Shown in pieces: positions 24,701 to 36,700 of a stretch of 54,864 nucleotides of DNA. The translations under genes and the position numbers were made by a program. The stretch spans positions 1 to 54,864 of the forward strand of contig NMRA01001051.1 in NCBI GenBank assembly GCA_002633005.1, given 5' to 3'. Within the stretch, counting starts at the first letter, position 1. The number at the start of each line of letters is the position of its first letter. The notes under the pieces are model-generated. The model saw only the letters and a list, made by a program, of their open reading frames with translations. It was not told where the DNA came from and made no database searches. Origin of the DNA: Phoronis australis (taxonomy: Eukaryota > Animalia > Phoronida).

Positions 24701-27700
24701 CTCTACTAAACGTGTAGACCACATGCGAAGGGGGTAAATAGCAACTACTTTGTAAAGGCGATGACAGATATTTTCATTTCAATTGTATGAAATTGCATAA
24801 ACTAAGAATGAAATGTCAGTAGGTGGTGAGTCGAAGTTGAAGTAGCGCTAGTGACGCAATGGGCTTACCCGAAGAAATGCAAACAGTCATGAGTCCCTTA
24901 TTGAACTAACGCCACCATGATGGTGAAGAAACCCTTTCTGCTCTCAATTTATTCAGATGTGTTAGCATCAACCTATTGAATGTCGAGATCGGCAAATGGA
25001 CAATCGATATTCAATGTGTGGTGCTCACACAGAACCATCACATTATAACATCTGAGTAGGTCAAGGGCATTTCTTATACTAGCGCCACTTCGTGACCCTC
25101 GAGTCTCCCTTACACCTGACCACGGTTTCGTCCAACATCTTAAATGCGTAGAGTGAAAAGACAACTTCACATCCGTTTCCCAAGAAAGTTGACGGGAGAG
25201 TAAGAGATACATGTATTCAAACATCGTCGACGGACATCGACTGGATTGTCTAAAGATTACTATGATGCCATTCGCTAGGTATTCAAAATTAATAAAATCT
25301 CTAGCAGGGCCACCTGTGGTCGATTTTGGAGATCAGTAAAAAATGCCGATGATTGTAATGTTAATCCGGTCATTTTCAAGGCCAGACATGTCCACAACCT
25401 GGTTACTGCGTATACTGTTTGTTAGCCCTCGTTACTAACAAAGAACTATTGCAAAGTCTTACCTCCATTGCAATTGCAAATTTTTGGTCTCTCACCCCGG
25501 CATCGTCTGACCAGCGACACCGCGATTTTTACGATAAAAAGAATTTTGTGTCCAAACAACCCACCAAACTAATATTCCATGCGGATGGCAGCAGCGTTCC
25601 TGTATTATCGAATGCTGTGTTCTCCATTTACTCGCTTTTTCAAGATCAACTTGCATTTGGTGGTCGGACTGAATAGATTGCAATGTCATGGCCGGCTTGT
25701 TCACTCTACCTAGTTTTCCACCTGGCGAGTGCACGTGCGCTGCGCATGCTTAACTCGTAACCGTAGACTTACGCATTGCAAGAGCTAGCGGCTAGTTCAG
25801 TCAACTGTTGACGTATTTCAATTGCGTGGCCTGAGTTGTCACCTCTGCTATTGTTCTATGGGTCGCGGAAAAGGCAAAAATTGTTAATACAAAAATCAAA
25901 TCTAATTCGTAATGTTACCCTTTCCGCGCACTTTGCTATATGCAGTTTGATTTTCCAAACGCGATTGATTTCTGTAAATTAGATTTAATTTTTATGAATT
26001 GGGATTGATTTTCCAAGCAGGATTGATTTTTACGAATTAGGTTTGATTCTTCTATTAACTATTTCTTGCCGTTTCCACAGACAATATCGTTCACTTGAAG
26101 CAGACATCTCAGCTCACAACTTTCCGTCTGCGGTGGTGCTTACATAGATATGACCGTTGTCTGCTCCATTCACACCAGTCCACGTGTATTGTTTGATGTT
26201 GAATCTGGATAATTTCGGACAAGTTCCTAAAATGAAAATTCACGTTATTCGATTAAAGTTTTAACTTAAAAGTTGTACGGAAACGTTGTTCTAAATGTGA
26301 ATGTATCAATCGTGAAATGCGAATTAAACTATGGTTAATTGCCTAAGCGCACTTAGACACGTACCTCACAAAGCGGGGTAAGCGGGATCAGGGGAGGCGG
26401 CGGGGCAAGAAATGTGGGGACGAGGGGAAACGGTAACGGGAATAGAAGGAGAGGGGCGAACGGAGAAGACACAGGGTGTGCGCTGTAAAACTTTGAGGTC
26501 TGCAATGTAAATGTACATAAAATTTGATGCAGCTACATGTAGCTGGAGGGTTAACCCACGGGTTGCTCTTGAAAAAATGGACGAAAACTGGATGAGATAA
26601 TTGTCCCCGTAAACCAACCCGCCTGTTTAGCGCGGAGATTCACAGTCAAAATACGAACAATAAGAAAAACAAGTGACCAAGAATGACTTTAAAATTAAAA
26701 AATAAAATAAAAAAATAATTGCAGGCGGTATGATACACGTTGTACCAGACGTGCGCAGGCCTCGCATGTGAGCCCATTTCACTGATCACCTGGAAATATT
26801 TTTATACTTTATTAATATATGGTTAAAAACGAGCTGAGGAGCTAGAAACCTGGCTCAAGGGTTTAGCAGTGTGACCTGGTGGGACTCGAACCCTAGACCT
26901 CGAGTAAAGAAAGCGGGCACGTATCAACCAGGCCACACTGCCTCCTCTAAAAAGTAAATAGTAGCAGCCTTTTAATTTTGAAAGTCAATGCATTATAAGA
27001 CAAATAAAAGAATAGGTTTTCTTCAGCATAACGGCTAAACCACGAGCATTAAAGTGTTAATCGATTGGAACCGGTTAGTTGCAGTGTGGCTTAGGCTCGC
27101 TTAGGCGTTGGGTTAACAAAACACCCTCATGGTGGTGTAGAAGTGTCTCATGCTACCAACCCTACCCTACATCGTAGCAAAATTTTGCCGTCAGTGAGGC
27201 TTTTGGTTGGCTTCAAGGTAATTCCTTCTACTCGTAAAACTGTGAAGTGTTCAGGCATTTATTGCCACACTAATGCGTGGGAGTTGCCCCGCACCACCCC
27301 TGATCTCCCCGCACTCCCCAACCTTGTGCTCTTCATTAGTGAGATCTCTCTCATTCCTCTAGCCGTCCCCCGATGGTTTGATATTGTCCGGCTACATCCT
27401 TTGTAGCGCCGTGACGTGTCTGGAGTGACGCTGCCACTTTCAACGCTATGAAAGCGGGAAGTTATGATGCGGACGCGATTAAGCATGACTTTGCGATGTC
27501 ACGAATAATGATGATGTACTGAAAGTTTTCATGCCGTGACGGTTGAGTGGCACCTTTATTAAACAGCATAGCCTGTTGCGCCAGATTGGAGTTGAGTGGA
27601 ATGTCCATGTGCTTGGACTTGCCATTTTAACCACTCTAGCTGAACAAGGCATCACACATGTAGATAACGAAATGTGCAGCAAAACATATAGCTCTAATCA

Positions 27701-30700
27701 ACGGTGTTGTTAAATGCTCCTTACCCGGGCACTGTCCCCATCTGCCATCGCTGTCGTAATTAGAAGTGGTCGCGCACCACGGTTGATTGTGATCCGCCTC
27801 AGTACACGTACTGTACGATATGCCTTTGTAAACGAAGGGGAACGTGCACGATGAACCGCCGGCATTTCCACCGTAAGTTGGCAGGTTAGTATCTGTGAAA
27901 AGTGATATGTCATTACGTTTGGTGAAGTACATTAAGGTGAAACGAGTTTTGACATAATTGGATTATTTACAATTAAATTGGCTAAGCTTGCATTGCAATC
28001 ACGTTTTTCCTGTTTGTTTTTGAATTGTTGAGTATCAGATCAGCTATGAGGAGAGCATTCATGAAGCAGAGCTCACTATCATGGTGTCACATATACATGT
28101 GAATGGTTGGTGTCGGTTCAAAACCGTTTTAGCCGGATGATGGCACGACAAGCACGCGAGCCCAGACCCGAACAATTTAATTAGACTCGCGTTTTTCAAC
28201 AATGATGATTTCCATTGGTCTTCGGGAGGTTTTAAAGACATGCTTCCCTGCTCTCCTTGTTTTAACGTTAACAGTAGCGGTACGTTTTACACATGGAGAA
28301 ATTGTTGGCAGCCACTTCGCGCTATTTGCTGTGAGTTCATACATGTACCACGTGACTGCGTTGTGCGACAAGGACAAGAGCCACTCACCGAAAGATCGTC
28401 TCAGGTCATTTTCTTCTACAGTCATGGACACACCGTTGCCACCCCAGCCCGTCTGACCATCCACCACATTGTATCCACTGCATGCACCGATACGGAACTT
28501 GACCACGATGTCGCCGGAGATTGGTAAATCACAGATACCATCAACTGAAATTGCGAAAGCAGACAGATAAAAGATGTAAAATACAGAACAATGGCTGCGT
28601 GGGTACCATTGTCTTACCGATCGAACTGTTGACGTAACGAGCTACAGGAGCTAACAATAATCCGTCCAAAATTCTTTCAGTTGCAACACAGATGCAAACA
28701 TATTAGACTCTTACCGTTGGCAGGGCGATAATCATCCCTTGCTACGCCTTTGTACCACACTATCTCAATCTTCCCGGGCGAGGAACATTCTTGATCGTTG
28801 AAAGTGAAGTACCAACGATTGCAGCAACCTCCGCAGTTATACCCGGCTCGAATGATACCTCGGAAACGAACCCTCAATGAGGTGAAAGAGTATTGTTTCT
28901 TGAAAGTTCTTGTCTGAAACATAGAGGTAGTACGTGTCCATAGTGCGCACAACAGCGGTAGCCTCAGGCAAGCTAGTTTTTCCCAACAGTGGGGGGCATT
29001 GGATTACACTTTTGACAGAGAGTCACTAGAACATCAGAATGCTAGTCCTCTTAAAAAGAGGCCCACTTGTAGCGAGCTTCCATGAAAATGTCCCGGATGA
29101 TAAGGTTTTATTTTCAAAAGATCATCTTTTTGTTAATTATACTTCTGGACAACGTCGAATTTCGTCATTCTTTCGGCGCAAAAAACATGTCTAAATTACC
29201 ATTTCTTTTCCACTAGAATCCGTTTCAGTTCTACTTAATCCGCGACTGGTGTTTGTGCACTACGGGTTGTCGAAATCTTGGCATTACTGTGCACACCCTG
29301 CAGTAAGCGGCTTCATGCAATAATGCCACGCTACTCTCTGATTAAAGTTGGACTGAAACACTATTTTGATCACATTTGTTTTAGACCAAAACAGAATTAG
29401 CTCGTACGTAAATAAAGATATGTTGATCTGACGTTTCGGTTTATAACTTTAAACCATTCTCAAGGCATCAGTTCACATACTCTAACAGGCTACACAGGTG
29501 CAAAACGTGACGCTTACCTGTGCAGTTTTTTAAACTGTGTCACCTGTTTAATTATGTGAACTGTTGCCTTGAGAATGGTTTAAAGTAATGAAAAGGAAGG
29601 AGACATCGGATCAACATGTCTTTATTTACGTACGCGCTAATTTTAAAGTTCGTGAAAGACTATATTATTGCACCGGCTTTTCGTCTAAACTTCCTGACAT
29701 TCCGACAAGAAGTTTATCCAAGCTTGGCATAATCCGACAAAGTTGTCTCGAGGTGTCTTCAGCTTAGTTTATTTTAAAAACTTCAGTAAGCTCCGCGGGG
29801 TTTTACGAACAACTGAATTTTAACTCATTAAGATCGAAGTAGTTAAACACACGCCATGTTGTCACAAATTAACAGAAGTTACAAAATAAATATTAAAAAC
29901 CTTCTGCAAAGTCATTCATAAAGAATTTGTTAAATGCACGACACTTTTCATTGTTTACAGTCTTTATTCCCTTACGTTCGTACCTTCGGAACAAAACTCT
30001 ACTCTCAACTGAACATAAATACAGTAACTGACATAGCGACATAATTAAAAGACACACGATATTTCGAAACATACTTGTCTCATTCTCAAGTGAAGATAAA
30101 ATGACGCAGTAATGCCACCACAGAGTATAAGCTGATGACACACACAGTGAAACACGGCGGGTGTGAAATACTGCAAAGAATGACTAATGAAGGGGGGTAA
30201 CAGGAAAGTCACGCAAACAAGTGTAACGTGCGGCGCGACCCTGTTTGCAGCTCATTGGCAAAACAGGCTTCTCAAAAGCAAGTAAAAGGGACTCTAATAC
30301 TTTCAAACGCAGCACATCTTGCTCCACGTAGCGAATTGACGTGTTTTCCACAATTTCTTGAGGGTGATTGATGCTCACACACGGAATTCCGTGTGTCCTT
30401 CATCATGTTTCCGCAAGACCACTTTTCAGTAGGTGGCTCTGTGTCAGAGGGTATTTATAGTACTGATCATTCGGGAATCACAGCTGTCCAATCAGCTATC
30501 AGCGGACCTCGGATTTCACAGATTAGATACGAGTGCCCAAACAAGGGGTGACCTTTCGTCATCCCGCCGCTTTGCAATTACATGTACTAGCCTTCCTCAA
30601 CGCACCAAAGTGTGTTTTTTCGAACTGACAAAGAGGCAAATTCAGGAACTGAAATAACTCCAGGTTCACTTTGTCGACTTAATGATGATATTTTGGGACG

Positions 30701-33700
30701 TTCAAGCCAATAAGGCGTGCAAGCCAATAAGGCGCACAAGCCAAAAAGGCGTGCAAGCCAATAAGGCGTGCAAGCCAATAAGGCGAGCAAGCCAATAAGG
30801 CGTGCAAGCCAATAAGTCAAACGGTTTGCCAAACACTTGGAGGGAAAGCATTGAGTACTCGGCTTCGCCAAAGGGAATAGGGAAAGGAATGTTTGACCAC
30901 GGTCCAGTATCAAATCTTTTTACTAGAAATCGAACTCGAGTTGCAATTTACGTTCTAATTGGATTCAAATTAAAATAACTATCTATTATTTGTGCTTAAG
31001 AATATTTTGGTTCACAGTGGCTGATTGATTGTGTAATAATTTTTGCACTTGGTGACTCCATTGAGAATTAAAGCCGTGAGTTGGATCTCGAACTCGAAAT
31101 CTGTAGTTTTTACTAGAAATCTAGAGATGGTACTCCGGCTCAGATCCTAGAATTATCAAGTACAAACTTGGGCTAGAAATTCATTTGCGTAATCCATAAT
31201 ATCTTCTAGCACAGAAATATAAACGCTTGCCTTGAGTTTGCACTGAAATGAGTAGTCAAATATACGAATTTTTAATTGTCAAATTCAAACTCAACCCAAT
31301 CAAGCATGTGAAAGAGAGAATATTGCGCAATCGGTGAACTCAATGATCGAGTCCCAATGTGAATTAAGAAAATCAACGAGACATTAAGTATCAGTCCACG
31401 GATCCACCGACCACTGTACAGCCAACAAGCGGCAAGGTGGGGGGTCAGCCATTCAGATCCATGTTTAGTCTGATAAATCACATTAGGGATGAGAGAAAAT
31501 GGGTGAAGTATGACACCACAAAGTTTGGTGGTTTAGGAGATACAAGGGAAGTGTTCTGGGGGGCAAAATGAGGCAATTTCTTGGTGTGGAATGAGTCATT
31601 TTTGACCAAAATTTCTACTCCAGTTTCTGCTTCAAACAGAATCGTTTCTGAANTAACGTAACCCGGTGAAAACTGAGGATAATTCCGACAAACGAGATTA
31701 GCCCACGCCTATCACAGTTACGGTTGCGGAAGTGCCACAAGGGAAAGGCCAATATGGTGGAAGTTATTTGCACGAGTACCATTGCAGCATATTCTTTGTG
31801 ATACAGGTGTACATGTACATGTAGGTGTAAATAATCGCACCACCGCTTATTACACCTAAAAACCTATCAAATCGCCCAACCTTTTATAAAGGTACCAATG
31901 CAACATGCGCGTCAAACAACCAAGAATATGTGAAATAAAAAACAGAATCACAAGCTTGAATACCACTGTTTATGAGCAATATCCGATGTCTGATTATTGG
32001 CAATACTATTTCGCGCTGCCATCCACGTCCATAGTATCAGGTTTGACTGTTGATTCATATTCATGCTATCAAATACAAGTTGTGAAGAAATAGCAATTGG
32101 TTAGTAACTTTCTTCTGTAAATAAAGCTTTTAAGTTTATAAAAGTGGGCTATTATTGGAACCAGTCTCTCCGACCCTCGCATTGCTACGGTGATGACCGA
32201 AGATGTGTTCCGTAGACGCATCATGTGAAACTCGCCAAACGTAAGATCACGCAGGCCTCCGCGAGACATTTCCACGTGCTACAAGCGAACCACCTAGTCA
32301 CTCTAGCTTTTCTCGCGAATGTCTTAGTACGTTTATGGAATGCAGACCTATTCTAGCAAGCTACATTTCGTTCTCGCTCGCTAGAACAGATAACCAACAT
32401 CACACAGGAGATAGGCTGCAAGTTAGCGACTGGGGGGGCATTAATTGCTTTACGCTGTGATGTTTTATGCATGGCTCCATACGAATAAGGTAACAAACAG
32501 TAATGTTGCTTACAAACAGGTCATTGTTAATCACGCAGGAAGCCAAAAGGTGGTGAACTGCTTTTTGTCTCCGACACATGAAGATGTTAAAAACAGGAGT
32601 CTATATTCATCAGCACCACCTACATTGTAGTAAACATAAAGTCTCAAAGAGACATGGAACGCGAAAGCTCGTCAAAAACAATTCCTGACGAAAGTATAGT
32701 CGCAACGTCTACTACAGGTTTATTCTCTCCCCATGTGCGGGAATTTCTAGAAAAATTTTAAAAAATCATGAATTTTGAAATACGCAATATGTATGGAAAA
32801 ACTCAGTAGTCACCACAGAGTTTCTTATCTCCCTCCCATTTATGATAAATCCACGTATGCGCTGACAGTCATTTGACAGCTGACGGACAAAATTGATATG
32901 AACGGCAGATTATCATGTCTAATCGCACTTCGAACCTGAGGTCGACACAACAATATGAGCCAAGCTAGTGAAGCATGGGATTTCCTAAAAATGGTTACGA
33001 GTGCATTTTAAAATATATTTGAATACTACATTACCTTTGAAACTAATTCCAAACAATTGGGACTTACATCAACTACCTCTTAATCGGACTGACTGCTGCT
33101 TGAAGTCTCCATTGTTTTGTTTCAAAGGTCAGAGGTCACATTTCCCATATACGGCAAATTTTCTACGCTTATATCTTGTCATATTAAATAAGGAGACGTG
33201 TTTTGCATTGTGGGGGAAAATCGACGAAGTGACGAACAGTTAGCAGATCAGATTTTTTTTGAAATTCGAAACTAAAACTTAAAAATTTTTACTGTAAACG
33301 GTGAACGGCTCGAATTCTGTTTCAGTGTCGGAGAACCACTTTGAATAATGCAATTTAGGCAGATTTTCGCGTTCCAGGCCTCTTTAAGGGCGTGTTGCTT
33401 ACATGAGGTATGAAAGACTTACCAACGCAGACTCCTACGTTGTTAGTGCAGTCTTTCACACAGGCGTGGCCTCCGTCTGCGCAATTGGCGTTCGTGCATT
33501 CAGTGCTTGAGTCAGCCTTGTTGTTGACGTTGTCCTGGAAAGAGAGACAGTACATGTATGTCTACCTCTGAAATTTTCATGCATGAATATTTTCTGTGAA
33601 CGCGTCAATCATGTTTATGACCTTTAAAAAAACTGTCACAATTCTCAGAGAACTGTAGTTGGTCGTTGCATATAGTATCATTCCCTTCGCATCTCAAAAC

Positions 33701-36700
33701 TCAGAGTGAGTGTAATATGTCAGAAGATAGCAAAGAAGTGCTTGAGGCACAGGTTCATTCAGCCGAGGTGTGGCCATTTTGTTGCAGAACCAACAAGTAA
33801 ACAAAGTCAAAGTTAAACACTAATGAGCTGAGATTCATTCATTTTCAGATGATACACCTGTACTTGTGTTTAGTTGAAAGATCACCATTTGCGAATACGT
33901 TTTGAATTAAAGGAAGTGGAAATGGTACGTGTTAGCAATTAAGGGTGTAGTGTACAATTTTAAATTATCCTTGGGTATGTCTAAATGTTTCATCTCTTGT
34001 ACTTTGGTCTTTGCCAGCTGCAAATTGAAAAATGTGGAGGTCACGTAATCATTATTCCGTTATAGCTGCCTAAAGCAGAGCACAAAAGTGAAATTCAAAT
34101 GGTTTGCTGAAAATCCACCAGTAAACCAAACAATGATATAAGAACTGTTGAAAACGAATTAATTTCGTTGAAAAATGTCGGAGTAATGTTTTTCGCTGCT
34201 TTAATTATATATCCCTGTTCACTGATTTTCTAACGAGGGTGCAAGTAAACGTTTTCCTTTCATGATTTTTAGGACATCTGTGCTCGAGAAAATTACGGTT
34301 TACGTTTTAACGTACATGTAAAATAAATATAGATTATTAAATGGCCATTTCGTTAACTCTCGTAAGCTAGAGCCCGAATGAATTTTGGAGAATTATCCCT
34401 CTCCGAGGGCAATAATTCTCCAAAGTCAACTCGGGGTCTAGAAAAATTGGATAACGACTGAGAATATGTAATAATCTATTGATACTACATACTAAAATCA
34501 TTGCCTATTCCAGGTTCGCGTCTGAACTGGACATTTCGAGTTATCACTCGGAATCTGAAGCTTTTTTGTCGAATCGTGAAACCATAAGATGACAACATGA
34601 AAAAGACAATATTCTGCGTAAATGTAATATCATTGAGTGAATATTCTGCGTAGATTGTAATATCATTGATTGTAGAATAAATATATGTCAAACAACACCA
34701 GATAAAATGGTTGGTGTTATCAGCCGAGGTTGCTGCGCCGAGTAAGTATTTTTACTCCGTCTTCGACCTCGTAAAAATGTTTACTGGAAGGAATTCGGAC
34801 AGCTAATGCAAAAGTGTCGCATTCAGCTTCCCAACAGTCTGCCTTACGATCGAATTATTCTTGGACTTTACGAGACGCATGATTTTCTTTTTAACACTTT
34901 GTTTCTAATAGCCAAACAGTACATGTAAATTTACAAGGAGAGATTTCACAAAAATATACCTAATTTTCACAGGTTTATTACATATACTTATGAGTACTAC
35001 AATGTTGAAAATTAATTGCATACAAAAACTTTTTTATATGACAGCTTCTCTGTGAAATGAGAAAATTTCGTTGTTCACGTTAACTACATGTAGCAGTTCT
35101 TTACTTTAAACGAGATACGAGAATGGTCTTTCCTGAGGTGTGCATGCGTGAATGAATGGATGTACTTATTTGTTTGTTTGTTTTTGTACTGTTTTATAAA
35201 TGATAATGAATTCTTAAAAAAAAGAATTTAAAGTCACGTCACCTTGTCATGACAAGCAACGGCAGTCGTGAAAGACTACGACCAGTGGCCAAATTTAATG
35301 TTGTTTAGCAATTCACATGTCATATAGATGACTGTCTTCGTCCTCATTCTCTTGAACAGCGTTATATTGAACACACGGTCTGTTCTCTATCGCGACGGAT
35401 GACCATGCGTTTGCAGGGGAGGGGTCCGTCCAAGATCACTTTGTACACCAAAATGGCCAAAAAATAACTACGCGGGAAATAGTAGACAATATCGTCATTC
35501 ACTATGTTGAAAATGACATTTTTCGGCTAAAGATTTTGTAGCCGCTATTGATTAGTCATGAAAAACCTGTGTTGAATGAATAGCTCACAGGTATTTGTAG
35601 CACGCTGGCTCTGCTTCGACAGAGTTTCTGGCTTTTTACCTTGTGTTGCATTCTCAAACTCTGATTCTACGCTGCCACGTGTAATTCACTGTTTATTTCG
35701 CTCTGTATATATTCATTCTACTCATTGCCTGTTGATGTGACATGAAGTCACGAATTTTTTTCCCATATGCGTTGAATCTTTCGAGGGAAATACAGCTATG
35801 TAATAATGTTTCCGTATTCACCTCCCGCACTACTTCAACAGTGACCTCTGACATCCAAGGTTCAAAAGGTACTGTAAGTCAATGTCGTCTCGACGTCGTT
35901 AGCCGGTTAGATCATCAAAGTTTCGGGAAATACCTTAATTAAAGTAATGCAATTCTAGCAATGTAAATACCACTCAACACGCAACCAGGTCTCAATCGTA
36001 TTGTCTGGCACAGGACTGTTAATTATACGACAGTTCTGTCTCAGTTTTCAGTTTCTATATATTTTATCGTATGCAACTCAGGCACCGACTTCAATATCAA
36101 TCATTGTTGACACTGGCCATGGCAGCACCCGATACTATAGGCGACAGTATTGCACGAGCAGCAACGACGACCGTCCCAGCAACACGTGAACTTATCCATG
36201 CTACAGAATCCGTATCCAGCCAGCTAGCTGCATGAACAGGCTGTCGTGTATTTAGTATACAGCTTTGTACCAAGGCTACAGAATCCGTAGAAATGCGACA
36301 ACATACCTGCAACAACACTACAACAGACATATTCGCGGTGGCACTTTTACAATGTTATAAATATTATTATTATTTATTTATACTCGCAATATGATACAGG
36401 TTCAATGCACAGTCGTTTTCACATTTTTATCAATTTCAAGTAATAAACCGTTACATTTAAAACTGTTTTCTTTTACTATATTAAGTTCGCAACATAACGC
36501 GCACGTACATACAAAACAGGTTGTGATTCGCCACGTAAACAGTCAGGGTGAAGTATTCTTAAATTGCCAAAAGAAAACAATAGAAACTCACGAATTCGAT
36601 GTGTGTGTGATAAATAACTCGACATTATTCCGCGTATCGACCTCGACCTTCGGTCTCGGTCGATACGCGGAATAATATCTCGCGGGATATTATTTCATGT

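Noticed and set aside
26375-26480. Purine-rich ORF 26366-26617 (Pro/Ser-rich)
   Set aside because: Low-complexity G/A tract within an intron; the flanking exons already splice in phase without it.
26870-26946. tRNA gene
   Set aside because: A/B boxes are present but no convincing cloverleaf, and it continues into a body shared with a second dispersed copy, so it is a SINE head.
2677-28913. Assigning the symbol CTHRC1, or MMP/MRC on the basis of FN2
   Set aside because: No collagen helix, protease or C-type lectin exon was seen; this is domain sharing, not orthology.
30703-30816. Possible CRISPR array or repetitive ORF 30587-30913
   Set aside because: Units abut with no unique spacers, the context is eukaryotic, and the 17-bp period is not codon-compatible.
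31384-31470. [29 protein letters not shown] as the missing gene A linker exon
   Set aside because: The acceptor gives phase 0 (phase 1 hits a stop at once), the donor is poor, and it does not resemble the gene B linker exon.
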